Assembly (NCBI GenBank): GCA_049649785.1
Contig: JBARZG010000103.1
Coordinates: 2,243-66,242, forward strand
Length of the DNA stretch: 64,000 nt
Origin: Ornithinimicrobium sp.
Lineage (GTDB): Bacteria; Actinomycetota; Actinomycetes; Actinomycetales; Dermatophilaceae
Reading direction: 5' to 3'
Within the stretch, counting starts at the first letter, position 1; each line of letters begins with the position of its first letter. The translations under genes were made by a program, and so were the position numbers. Shown one piece after another: positions 26,953 through 35,832 of this stretch. Under the pieces are notes generated by a model that was not told where the DNA came from, searched no databases, and saw only the letters and a program-made list of their open reading frames with translations.

Positions 26953-28400
26953 CGGCCGCTCCGCTCAGGTGAGGAGGTCGAGTCAGACGTCTCGGGGTTC
27001 TGCCTGCTGGCAGCGCCCGCGCCCGGATCGTTGTCGCTCGTGCCCTCGTCGTGGCTGTCCACGTGCGTGATCTGGGCCGGAAAAAGGGCAACTACCTCGG
27101 GCACAAACCGCGAAATGGCCAACACCTCGATGTCGACGCTGATCTGCTGCAGCTCACCGTCGGCGTCGCGGTCGGTCCATTCCACGCTGACCCGGTCACC
27201 GACCTCCGCCATCCGTCCTAGTTGGTGCATGACGAGCCCGGACAACGTGTCGTAGTCCTCTTTCTCGGGCAACTCGACATCGGTCATCGTGGCCACTTCA
27301 TCGATGCGCATTCGAGCCGGGAGTTGCCAGGCCCCATCCTGGCGCGCAGTGGGCTCGGCTTCGTGGTCGTCATCCTCGTCCCAGATCTCACCGACGACCT
27401 CTTCGGCGACGTCCTCGAAGGTGATTACCCCCGCAAACCCGCCGTATTCGTCGACCACGACCGCTATCTGACGGTGTTGCTCGCGCAGCGCTTCCAACAC
27501 CTGAGGCAACGACAACGACTCCGGCAGGATCAGTGCCGTATCCGCGATGTCTCGCACCGGGATGGTGGCGCGTTGCTCGGCCGGGACGCTCAGCAATTCC
27601 TGCATGCCGATGACCCCGACCACGTCGTCGATGTCTCGGCCGATGACCGGGAAACGCGAGTGACCGGTGTCGAGCAGTTCGAGGACTCGACTGGCCGGCT
27701 CATCGGCCTGCACCGTCTGGACGTCGATCCGCGGAGTCATCACCTCCTCGGCAGCGTGTCCCCGGAACGCCAGGCCACGGCCCAGCAGTTTGCTCAGGTC
27801 GTCGTCCAAGAGCCCGCCATGTGCTGAGTCAGCGATGATTCGCTCCAGGTCTTCCGGGGTGGCCCCCTGCGGAAGCTCCTCGACCGGTTCTATACCCACC
27901 GACCGCAGGAGCGCGTTGGAAGCCTTGTCGAAAAACGAGATCACCGGGCCGGCGATCATCAAGTAGATCAACGTCGAGCGGGACAGCGCCCGAGCTAGCG
28001 GAACGGGTCGAGCGATGGCCAGGTTTTTGGGACCCAGTTCACCTAGCACCATCTGGACGGCCGTGCTGAATCCTAGGGTGATCGCCAAAGACATCGTGAG
28101 CGAGGCAGCGTCGGACAAGCCGGTGAGCCCGATCCAGGCGGCTAGCCCACTGCCCAGCAGGGGCTCACCGGCGTACCCCACCAAAAGGGCGGTGACGGTG
28201 ATCCCGAACTGGGCGCCGGAGAGGGTGAAGGACAACCGCGAGGTGACCTTCAGGGCGCGCTTTGCGGGCTCATCCCCGGTCTCCGCGAGTTGGTGCAACT
28301 TGCCGCGGTCCACCGACACATATGCGAATTCTTGTGCAACGAAATAGCCGGTCGCGAGCGTGAGCACCAGGATGACCAGCAGGCCGCCGACGATCAGCAC
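26949..28400 (-). CDS. CNNM/DUF21 + CBS-pair + CorC_HlyC domain membrane protein
   Basis: 483 aa. DUF21 (FVAQEFAYVSVDRGKL), a CBS pair and a transporter-associated C-terminal domain. ATGA overlap with the downstream paralog. Confidence 0.85.
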   Translation of the reverse strand: MLIVGGLLVILVLTLATGYFVAQEFAYVSVDRGKLHQLAETGDEPAKRALKVTSRLSFTLSGAQFGITVTALLVGYAGEPLLGSGLAAWIGLTGLSDAASLTMSLAITLGFSTAVQMVLGELGPKNLAIARPVPLARALSRSTLIYLMIAGPVISFFDKASNALLRSVGIEPVEELPQGATPEDLERIIADSAHGGLLDDDLSKLLGRGLAFRGHAAEEVMTPRIDVQTVQADEPASRVLELLDTGHSRFPVIGRDIDDVVGVIGMQELLSVPAEQRATIPVRDIADTALILPESLSLPQVLEALREQHRQIAVVVDEYGGFAGVITFEDVAEEVVGEIWDEDDDHEAEPTARQDGAWQLPARMRIDEVATMTDVELPEKEDYDTLSGLVMHQLGRMAEVGDRVSVEWTDRDADGELQQISVDIEVLAISRFVPEVVALFPAQITHVDSHDEGTSDNDPGAGAASRQNPETSDSTSSPERSGR

Positions 28401-28515
28401 CTAGCGGTTCCTGACCTGCGCCGGGGCGTGCCTGGCCCGGGCTCAGCGTTGGGTTCTGCCCCGGTTGACCTCATACCACCAAGGCTAACCGACTGTCGCC
28501 CGTAGGCTCGGGTCG

Positions 28516-28938
28516 GTGAGGCGCGATCTACAGGTGCTGGGCGCGGTTGCCGCCGGTGGCGCGTTGGGTGCATCGGCACGGGCCGGTATGGAGCAAGGGT
28601 GGGGCCAGGGTGCCGGGACCTTCCCCTGGACGACGCTGGGGATCAACGTGGCCGGTAGTTTGCTGCTGGGCATGCTTACCGTGCTTACTACGGTCTTCGC
28701 CGCCGCGTGGTGGGTCAGACCATTGCTTGGCACCGGCGCACTCGGCGGGTTCACTACCTTCTCGGCATACGTCGTCTGGGCCGGTGAACTGGCCGTGGGC
28801 GACGACATGGCCCTGGCAGCCGGTTATCTCGTGGCCACCCCGGTGCTGTGTGTGGCCGCCGCGTGGCTGGGCGCCCACTGTCCGGCCGTGCTCGGTCTGC
28901 CGCACGGCCATCCGCCGCTAGCTCGGAATCAGGAGTGA
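28516..28938 (+). CDS. crcB: fluoride efflux channel subunit CrcB/FluC
   Basis: 140 aa, four TM helices. Motifs TLGINVAGSLLLG and GALGGFTTFS. Confidence 0.85.
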   Translation: MRRDLQVLGAVAAGGALGASARAGMEQGWGQGAGTFPWTTLGINVAGSLLLGMLTVLTTVFAAAWWVRPLLGTGALGGFTTFSAYVVWAGELAVGDDMALAAGYLVATPVLCVAAAWLGAHCPAVLGLPHGHPPLARNQE

Positions 28939-28940
28939 GT

Positions 28941-29291
28941 ATGTCGTGGGACCTGTGGGTCGCCATCGCTGCCGGTGGGGCGATCGGTGCCGCTATCCGG
29001 CATCTGGCAGCCAGCGGCTCGTGGGGCGCGCTCACCGGGGTGTTTATCGCGAATATCACCGGCGCGGGGCTGCTGGGTGCCATCGTCGCTTTCGCCGAGT
29101 CGCTCTCACCGTTCTGGTTAGCCTTGCTGGCCACCGGCCTGTGTGGGGCGGTAACGACGTACAGCACCCTGGCGGTGCAGGTTTGGGAACTCCTGCATGA
29201 GGACCCGCGCCGGGCTTTCGGGTACCTGCTCCTGACAACCGGCGCAGGAGGTCTCGCGGCGCTGCTGCCGCTGCTGGTGTGGGGACACTGA
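28941..29291 (+). CDS. crcB: fluoride efflux channel subunit CrcB/FluC (second paralog)
   Basis: ATG at 28941 after AGGAGTGAG. ANITGAGLLG and GLCGAVTTYS motifs. Pairs with the upstream crcB. Confidence 0.85.
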   Translation: MSWDLWVAIAAGGAIGAAIRHLAASGSWGALTGVFIANITGAGLLGAIVAFAESLSPFWLALLATGLCGAVTTYSTLAVQVWELLHEDPRRAFGYLLLTTGAGGLAALLPLLVWGH

Positions 29292-29330
29292 GCCTGGCTA
29301 CCGAGGTTTGTCGGTGCCGCTGCCTACGGT

Positions 29331-30461
29331 GTGTCCATGGTTACTTTCCTGCACACCGCCGACTGGCAGATCGGGATCACCCGACGCTGGTTGCAGCCGG
29401 AGGCGCAGGCCCGGTTCGACCATGACCGACTCGAGGCAATCCGTGACTGCGGTCGGATTGCCCGGGACCAGCACTGTGAGTTCGTGCTGGTTGCCGGGGA
29501 CGTTTTCGAGAGCAACCAGCTCCGTCCCCGGACGGTTTTGCGGGCGTTGGAAGCGATGGGCGACATCGAGGTTCCGGTGTACTTGCTTCCCGGTAACCAC
29601 GACCCCCTGGACGCCCTCAGTGTGTATCGGCAACCCACCTTCATCCAGCACTGTCCCGGCAACGTCACGGTGCTGGAAACGGCCGGTGTCACTCCGGTGC
29701 GTTCGGGGGTCGACATCGTGGCCGCACCATGGAGCGGCAAACACCCCGGCCAGGACCCCGTGGCTGGCGCTATGGCGAGCGTGCCCGCCACCGAGGGAGT
29801 GGTACGCATTGTGGCTGGGCATGGAGCGGTCGATGTTCTGGACCCGACTGGTCGCAATCCGCAGGCGATTGACACCTCGGCTCTGATGGCTGCTCATGCC
29901 CAAGGGCTGATTCACTACGTAGCACTGGGGGACCGGCACTCGCGGACCGATGTCGGGGGACACGGCGTGATCTGGTATTCCGGCACCATGGAGGTCACCG
30001 ACTCGCGCGAGGAGGCCCCCGGGGATGTGCTTGTCGTCTCGGTGGATCAGGAGTCGCCACCGGAGGTCGCCGCGCATCGAACCGGGCGATGGCACTTCTC
30101 GACCATGCTGTTCGACCTCAATTCTGGTCAGGACGTGACCGACCTGATCGAGTCCTTGCACCGGATCAAGGGCAAGGAGCGAGTCGTGCTGAAGCTTGCT
30201 CTGCAAGGCGTGTTGGCGATGGCCGACTTCACCCGGCTGAACCAGGCATTGGACTCATTCCGCGAGGTCTTCGGCGGCTTAGATGACTGGAGCGATCGCG
30301 GCCGACTGACGGTGCTCCCGGCGGATTACGAGTGGAGCGAGCTTGGCCTGTCCGGCTTCGTGGCTGACGCCGCCCAAGAGATCACAGACCAAGGCGACAC
30401 CGACGGTTCCCAGGACGCGTTGGCGCTTCTTTTTCGGCTCAGCGCCGGGAGTAGCTCGTGA
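29331..30461 (+). CDS. SbcD/Mre11-like metallophosphoesterase (DNA repair exonuclease family)
   Basis: FLHTADWQIG, VLVAGDVFE and LPGNHD calcineurin-like motifs. GTGA overlap with the downstream ATPase. Confidence 0.8.
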   Translation: MSMVTFLHTADWQIGITRRWLQPEAQARFDHDRLEAIRDCGRIARDQHCEFVLVAGDVFESNQLRPRTVLRALEAMGDIEVPVYLLPGNHDPLDALSVYRQPTFIQHCPGNVTVLETAGVTPVRSGVDIVAAPWSGKHPGQDPVAGAMASVPATEGVVRIVAGHGAVDVLDPTGRNPQAIDTSALMAAHAQGLIHYVALGDRHSRTDVGGHGVIWYSGTMEVTDSREEAPGDVLVVSVDQESPPEVAAHRTGRWHFSTMLFDLNSGQDVTDLIESLHRIKGKERVVLKLALQGVLAMADFTRLNQALDSFREVFGGLDDWSDRGRLTVLPADYEWSELGLSGFVADAAQEITDQGDTDGSQDALALLFRLSAGSSS

Positions 30462-33262
30462 GAGTTCATCGTCTGCGGCTCGAGCACGTCAGAGGAATCG
30501 CGGCTACCGCGTTGACCTTCCCGCAGACGGGCGTGGTTGTCATCGAAGGCCCCAACGAGGTGGGTAAATCGACTCTGTTGGAGGCGCTGGATCGACTCCT
30601 CGATCCCAAGGCCAAGGCATCGTCCAAGGCCGCTTCAATCGTCTCGATGCAGCCGGTCGGCCAGGACGTTGGCCCCTACGTCGAGGCCGAGTTGGAGATC
30701 GGGCCATACCGAGTGATCTTCGCCAAGCGATGGTTGCGTCAGCCCGCCACGACTCTGCAGATTCTGCAACCCGCTCCTGAGCAGCTCACCGGACAGGACG
30801 CACAAGCACGGATGAATGCCATCCTCGACGAGTGCTTGGACCGCACACTGTTCGATGCGCTGCGCCTCACGCAATCGGGGTCACCAGGAGCGATTGAGCT
30901 GCGCGACAGTGCCGTGCTGGAGGCGGCGCTGGATGCTGCGGCAGGCGCGCACCTGCACGCCGCCGATGGCTCTGCGCTTCTTCTGGCAGTGGAACGTGAA
31001 TACCAGCGGTACTACACCGCCGGGACGGGCCGGGTCACCGGCGAGCTTCGCGAGGCACAGACGGCCGTCACCGAGAGTGAACACCTGCACGAGCAGGCCG
31101 AGCACGACGTCCGCGAGGTCGAGGAGCTGTTCGCACGTCGAGAACGGCTGGCCCACGATCTCATCGTCAGCGAGCAGACGATGCGCGCCGCATCGTCGTG
31201 CGCGCAGGCAGCGGATGCTGCCGTTGCGCACGTGATCGAACTGCGATCCAGCGAGGCGGCAGCGGTGCAGGCCATCGCGGCTGCCGAGCAGTCGCATCGT
31301 CGGGCGCTGCGGGACGTTGCGGCCCGGGCTGGGCTTCGCGAGGACGACTCGACCCAGACGTCGGAGGTCAGCCGACTTCAGGAGCAGGTTGAGCATTTAG
31401 AGAGCCAGCAGACACAGCGGGCGCGCGCGCTTGTCACCCGCGAGAAGGAGCTCGAGCACGCCAACGGTGTCTACGCGAAGGCCCAGGGCGAAGCAGACGC
31501 TGCGGCGACCCAGCTTGGCTACGAACGCGCGAAAGCCGAGTTGGAAGCGCTCGCTGAGCGCATCTCGACCGCCGAGACCATCACCGGCAGGCTCGAGCAG
31601 CGGCGTATGGAGGTCGAGGGTTACCCCATCGACGCCACGGTGTTGGATGAATTGCGGCTGCGAGATGCTCAGCTCACCGTTGCCCAGGCTCGGGTCGAGG
31701 CCGGCGCCACCGCGGTGCGAGTCTCGGCGCCCGGACCTGGGCACAGCGTCGAGATAGAGGAAGAGTCGCGGGCCTTGGATCCGGGGCGCGACGTGATTGA
31801 ACGCCTGATTTCCAGCGATGTGTCACTGGTGGTGGACTCGCGCGTCAGGATCGACATTCGACCCGACGGGCAGGCACGCCAGCGAGTAGAGGAGCGGGAC
31901 GCCCTTCGCGATGCGCTGGCCGAGCGGCTGGAAGAGTTGGATCTCAGCGATCTGGCCGAGGCAGAGCTAGCGGGTGCGCGATGGGCTGAGGCGGTGACCG
32001 GGGTCGCCGATCTCGAGCGTGAACTACTCCACGTAGGGCAAGGCGACGCTCTTCAGGCACTGCGCGATGCTCATGCCGCGCGGGCAGCGGACCTGGCCAC
32101 CGTGGATGTGGCGCGGGTAGCGGACCTGGACAGGGCGGATGCAGAGCGGGTAGCGGACCTGGACAGACCGGATGCGGCGCGGGTGGCGGACCTGGCCACC
32201 TCGGATGCGGTGCCTATGCCAGCCGCGGCGCAGCGCGCTGAGCACCTGCCGCAGGGTCAACCCGGCGCAGCGCCCGATGCTGGTCCAGAGGGCGGGTTGA
32301 AACGTGCGATCATCCGGGCCGAGTCAACGCGGTGCGATCTGCCCCAGGCGAACACGGTCCGGGCGGCCGCCCAACACGCCGCTGACACCGCACGAGTGCA
32401 CCACGCCGAGGCAGTTGCCGCCCTCAAGGTCATGCACGCCCGGCGCGAAGGTGCGTCGGCGGTGGCGGCTCGAAGTGCAGCTGCCTTGGCGGAGGCGGAG
32501 ACGCTGGAGACCGACGCAGAGTTGCAGGAAGTGGCTCATCGGACCGAGGTGCGCTGCGGCGAGGAGCGAGAGGCGTTGCGGGAGATTCACGCCGCACTTG
32601 CGGCGCACGGCGCCCGCGCCAGAGAGGACGAAGCGAGCCAGGCAGCTGCCGAGTGCTCGCGCGCGAGTCGGCACCTGCAATCAGTTCGCGAGCAGTTCTT
32701 CGAGACCAAGGGCCGCTTGGAGCAGGTCACTGCTGAGGGCCGACAAGAAGCCCATGAGCGGGCCGAGCAGGGGCTGGAGGATGCCCGCCGCAAGTATTAC
32801 TCGGTGAGTCGGCGCGCGGCGGCGGCCGCGCAACTGCATACCACCCTGCAGCGTCATCGGGATCGGGCGCATCGCAGTTATGCCGAGCCCTATGCCGGAG
32901 AGATCGAGCGATTGGGCCACCACATCTACGGCGAGACGTTCGGGGTCGTGGTGAGTCACGATCTGGTGATCACTCACCGTCGGCTGCACGGTGACATCGT
33001 GCCGTTCGAGAGCCTGTCCGGGGGAGCCAAGGAGCAGTTGGGCATCCTTGCCCGATTGGCGGTGGCCTCGCTGGTCGCCGACCGCCAGTCGGTGCCCGTC
33101 GTGGTCGACGACGCGCTGGGATACACCGACCCGCAACGGTTACACAGCCTGGGCGCCGTCATCGCCGAAGGAGGCAGCCAGAGTCAACTCGTGCTGCTGA
33201 CGTGCACGCCGCAGCGCTATGTGAACATCCCGGGGGCGCGCACCATCCGGATGACCGCGTAG
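30458..33262 (+). CDS. SbcC/Rad50-like AAA ATPase with long coiled coils
   Basis: Walker A GPNEVGKST, signature LSGGAKEQL, Walker B VVVDDALGYTD. About 600 aa of Ala/Glu/Arg-rich helical sequence lies between the head halves. Confidence 0.8.
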   Translation: MRVHRLRLEHVRGIAATALTFPQTGVVVIEGPNEVGKSTLLEALDRLLDPKAKASSKAASIVSMQPVGQDVGPYVEAELEIGPYRVIFAKRWLRQPATTLQILQPAPEQLTGQDAQARMNAILDECLDRTLFDALRLTQSGSPGAIELRDSAVLEAALDAAAGAHLHAADGSALLLAVEREYQRYYTAGTGRVTGELREAQTAVTESEHLHEQAEHDVREVEELFARRERLAHDLIVSEQTMRAASSCAQAADAAVAHVIELRSSEAAAVQAIAAAEQSHRRALRDVAARAGLREDDSTQTSEVSRLQEQVEHLESQQTQRARALVTREKELEHANGVYAKAQGEADAAATQLGYERAKAELEALAERISTAETITGRLEQRRMEVEGYPIDATVLDELRLRDAQLTVAQARVEAGATAVRVSAPGPGHSVEIEEESRALDPGRDVIERLISSDVSLVVDSRVRIDIRPDGQARQRVEERDALRDALAERLEELDLSDLAEAELAGARWAEAVTGVADLERELLHVGQGDALQALRDAHAARAADLATVDVARVADLDRADAERVADLDRPDAARVADLATSDAVPMPAAAQRAEHLPQGQPGAAPDAGPEGGLKRAIIRAESTRCDLPQANTVRAAAQHAADTARVHHAEAVAALKVMHARREGASAVAARSAAALAEAETLETDAELQEVAHRTEVRCGEEREALREIHAALAAHGARAREDEASQAAAECSRASRHLQSVREQFFETKGRLEQVTAEGRQEAHERAEQGLEDARRKYYSVSRRAAAAAQLHTTLQRHRDRAHRSYAEPYAGEIERLGHHIYGETFGVVVSHDLVITHRRLHGDIVPFESLSGGAKEQLGILARLAVASLVADRQSVPVVVDDALGYTDPQRLHSLGAVIAEGGSQSQLVLLTCTPQRYVNIPGARTIRMTA
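32086..32217 (+). repeat. 33-bp x 4 in-frame tandem repeat (11-aa units ADLxxxDxxRV)
   Basis: Units start at 32086, 32119, 32152 and 32185. Each begins GCGGACCTGG. Confidence 0.85.
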
Positions 33263-33320
33263 CGTGTGAGCAGCCCAGCGCGACCCGACGTCGTGCCCCG
33301 TTTCCACAGAATTGTGAGCA

Positions 33321-33785
33321 ATGACTGATCAGCAGAGCATTACCGTGAGTCGCTCGATCGATGGCTCAAACGCCGAGATCTTTGAGGTCTTGTCCAACCC
33401 CGAGAACCACCTGGCTATCGATGGGTCAGGCTTTGTCCGTTCGGTGGACACGGCGGATCGCCTTTCCAAGACCGGTCAGGTGTTCACCATGAACATGTCA
33501 GGACCGCATATGGGCGGCGACTACCAAACTGACAACCACGTCACGGGATACGACCAGGGCCATCTACTGGCATGGCAATCCACGCCCGCAGGCACCGAAC
33601 CCTTCGGATGGGAATGGGTCTGGCGGCTGGAGCCCGAAGGCCCCGAGGCGACGATGGTCACGCTGACCTATGACTGGAGTAAGGTGGTCGACAAGGACCT
33701 CCTCAGCAAGGTGTCATTCCCCCTGGTGGAGGAAAAACAACTCGAAGACTCCCTAAGCAATCTGGCTGCGGCAGTAGCTTCCTGA
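33321..33785 (+). CDS. SRPBCC (START/polyketide cyclase-like) family protein
   Basis: 154 aa. Pattern ITVSRSIDGSNAEIFEVLSNPENH...WEWVWRLEPEG..TMVTLTYDW is typical of SRPBCC ligand-binding proteins. Confidence 0.7.
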   Translation: MTDQQSITVSRSIDGSNAEIFEVLSNPENHLAIDGSGFVRSVDTADRLSKTGQVFTMNMSGPHMGGDYQTDNHVTGYDQGHLLAWQSTPAGTEPFGWEWVWRLEPEGPEATMVTLTYDWSKVVDKDLLSKVSFPLVEEKQLEDSLSNLAAAVAS

Positions 33786-33815
33786 CACGGGTTTGTCGAT
33801 TTCCGTTATCTAAAC

Positions 33816-33844
33816 GTGACATTTGGCAGCGTTTTCGGTAGCCT
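33816..33844 (+). promoter_or_regulatory. candidate sigma-A-type promoter of riboswitch/NlpC-P60 cassette 2
   Basis: -35 GTGACA (33816-33821), 17-nt spacer, -10 TAGCCT (33839-33844). The shared 11-mer AAACGTGACAT is at 33812-33822. Confidence 0.35.
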
Positions 33845-33875
33845 CGACACGCTCCTCCCCCTGGGGGGCCCCGCC

Positions 33876-34056
33876 CGGTTACCGAGTCCTGTCGCCGTCC
33901 GCGGGTCGGTTCGCACAATCCGTCTGACAGGAGCGGGGGACCCACGTTTGATGGTGCGTCGAGAGACACGCCTCGGGGTGAAGTCCTCACACGTCGTAGG
34001 CATGTGAAGACCGGGTAGACATCTCCGCCCGAACCCGACAGCTGACCCCGTAGGTA
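33876..34056 (+). promoter_or_regulatory. cyclic-di-AMP riboswitch (ydaO/yuaA class), copy 2
   Basis: Contains GAGCGGGGGACCCA, CUCGGGGUGAAGUCC and CCGCCCGAACCCGACAGCUGACCCCGUAGGUA. These are near-exact matches to the conserved ydaO blocks. Directly 5' of an NlpC/P60 gene. Confidence 0.85.
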
Positions 34057-34075
34057 CATGGAGAGAGTTTGCGTT

Positions 34076-34891
34076 ATGACATCGACCACCGTTGGTCGTC
34101 ACCGAGCCCCCAGTAGGCTTTCGTACAAGCCCGTCGCCAAGGCTGGCGCAACCGTGGTCGTGTCGACCGGGTTGGCCCTTGGCACAGCGGGTGCAGGTCA
34201 GGCGGCCCCAGCCCAAGGTGCCACCCCAGCTCCGACCGTTGCGCCGCAGGTGGCGCCGGCAGCAACCACTGCCCCAGTGGTCGCCCCCACGCAGTTCTTG
34301 CCGACCGCCACGTACCGCACCTACCGCTGGGGTTCGCGTGGCGGACAGGTCAAGACGATTCAGCGCATTGTCGGCGCTTACCAGGATGGAATTTTCGGGC
34401 CCAAGACACATGCTGCGGTCAAGCGCTACCAGAAGCGCAACGGGCTGTGGGCCGATGGGATCGTTGGTCCCAAGACGTCGCGCAAGATGGGCTTGAGCGG
34501 TAGCAGTAGCAGTTCATCGCGCAGCAGCTCCTCGGCATCGCGCAGTAGCGCCTCGTCCAGCTCCATCATCAGGAACGCCAGGAGCCTGCTCGGCGCTCGC
34601 TACCGGTACGCAGGCAGTACCTACTCAGGTGGCTACGACTGCTCCGGGTACGTGAAGGCCGTCTTCGCCAAGTCGGGTATCAGCATCCCACGCACCTCCT
34701 CCGGCATCCAGCGCGCCGCCACTCGGGTGTCCTCGCCCCGCGCCGGCGACTTGGTGTTTTACAACTACCCGGCGACCCACGTCGGCATCTACGCCGGCAA
34801 CGGCATGATGTACGACTCAGGGCGTTCCACCAACGGCACCACCCTGCGTCGCCTCTACCCCGGCAGTGTCAACTACGGCCGGATTGGCTGA
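34076..34891 (+). CDS. secreted peptidoglycan-binding (PG_binding_1) + NlpC/P60 endopeptidase
   Basis: ATG at 34076 after GGAGAGAG (MTSTTVGRHRAPS..., parallel to cassette 1). PGB domain (GQVKTIQRIVGAYQDGIFGPKTHAAVKRYQKRNGLWADGIVGPKT). NlpC/P60 domain (YRYAGSTYSGGYDCSGYVKAVFAKSGISIPRT). Confidence 0.9.
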   Translation: MTSTTVGRHRAPSRLSYKPVAKAGATVVVSTGLALGTAGAGQAAPAQGATPAPTVAPQVAPAATTAPVVAPTQFLPTATYRTYRWGSRGGQVKTIQRIVGAYQDGIFGPKTHAAVKRYQKRNGLWADGIVGPKTSRKMGLSGSSSSSSRSSSSASRSSASSSSIIRNARSLLGARYRYAGSTYSGGYDCSGYVKAVFAKSGISIPRTSSGIQRAATRVSSPRAGDLVFYNYPATHVGIYAGNGMMYDSGRSTNGTTLRRLYPGSVNYGRIG

Positions 34892-34902
34892 ACGGTCCCG
34901 TG

Positions 34903-34948
34903 ATGACTGAGGGTCGGGGCGGCGTGAGCTGCCTCGGTCCTCAGTCAT
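34903..34948 (+). terminator. hairpin after the NlpC/P60 gene
   Basis: atgactgagg...cctcagtcat: a 10-bp perfect stem that extends imperfectly. Confidence 0.45.
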
Positions 34949-35025
34949 GTTCAAGCCGCGTGAATTCTCCGCTTGCCCAAGGTGGCAGCCCCGTCTAGGT
35001 TCTGAGCAACGGAAGGCGGGACGAG

Positions 35026-35832
35026 ATGCGAACTTCACGAGGCATGCTCGGCGTCGTGGCAGCGCTGGCGCTGACCTTGTCGGCATGCGATGCGTTCGGC
35101 GACGACGGTAGCCCCAACACCATCGACCAGGACGTCCTGGCCGGCGAGGACGTCGAACAGACCGCTTCGCCTACCTCGTCCGACACCGACCTGAGCACGG
35201 CGACGGGTAACGACCAGGACGCGGTGACCGCAACGGCCCTGCCCACTGGGTCCGACGATCTCAGTTCGTCAACCGGCGACAGTGATCTGAGCACAGCTAC
35301 CGCGGGTGACCTGGGCCAAGCCACCTCCGTCCCGCAGCCTTCCTCCACTCAACCTGACGCTCCCACAGCCACCCCGGAAGACGAAGAGCTCACGCAGCCA
35401 ACCCTCGATCCTGCCGAAGGTGGCGCCAGCGGCGACCCACTCCTGGCCACGTCAGTGCGAATCGGCTCGCACAATGGCTATGACCGCGTGATTTTCGACC
35501 TCGAGGGCGAGGGTACTCCGGGCTACCGCGTGTCCTACGTGGACAGTGCCGTCGAAAGCGGAAGCGGCGCGAGGCTGGACCTGAACGGGGACGCGATCCT
35601 GCAGGTCGTCATCACGGGCACCCGCTATCCCGAAGCGGGGGAGACCTTCGAAGGCGGACCCGGGACGTACTCACTTGAAGCCACCGAGATGGTCGAAGAA
35701 GTGCGGATGTCGGGCACCTTCGAAGGCTCGACCCAGGCGTTCATCGGCGTCGATGACGAGGGGGCGCCATTCCGCGCTTATGTGTTGAGTAACCCGGCAC
35801 GACTTGTCGTCGATGTCTCCCATGAGAGCTAA
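35026..35832 (+). CDS. lipoprotein with a C-terminal AMIN-like domain
   Basis: Lipobox LTLSAC and a disordered Asp/Ser/Thr-rich linker. C-terminal pattern is VRIGSHNGYDRVIFDLEG...ARLVVDVSH. Confidence 0.6.
   Translation: MRTSRGMLGVVAALALTLSACDAFGDDGSPNTIDQDVLAGEDVEQTASPTSSDTDLSTATGNDQDAVTATALPTGSDDLSSSTGDSDLSTATAGDLGQATSVPQPSSTQPDAPTATPEDEELTQPTLDPAEGGASGDPLLATSVRIGSHNGYDRVIFDLEGEGTPGYRVSYVDSAVESGSGARLDLNGDAILQVVITGTRYPEAGETFEGGPGTYSLEATEMVEEVRMSGTFEGSTQAFIGVDDEGAPFRAYVLSNPARLVVDVSHES

Noticed and set aside
28401-28515. Fluoride (crcB-motif) riboswitch upstream of the crcB pair
   Set aside because: I could not find the conserved GGnGAUGG...AACCGCC...CUGAUGnnnCCUAC blocks. Only weak fragments are present (uaaccgac, cccguaggc).
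29331-33262. Calling the nuclease/ATPase pair an anti-phage defence system
   Set aside because: No accompanying defence-island features are present (no methyltransferase, helicase, integrase or other defence genes). The flanks are housekeeping-type genes. The pair resembles the broadly conserved actinobacterial SbcCD-like genes. I kept it as an open question, not a claim.
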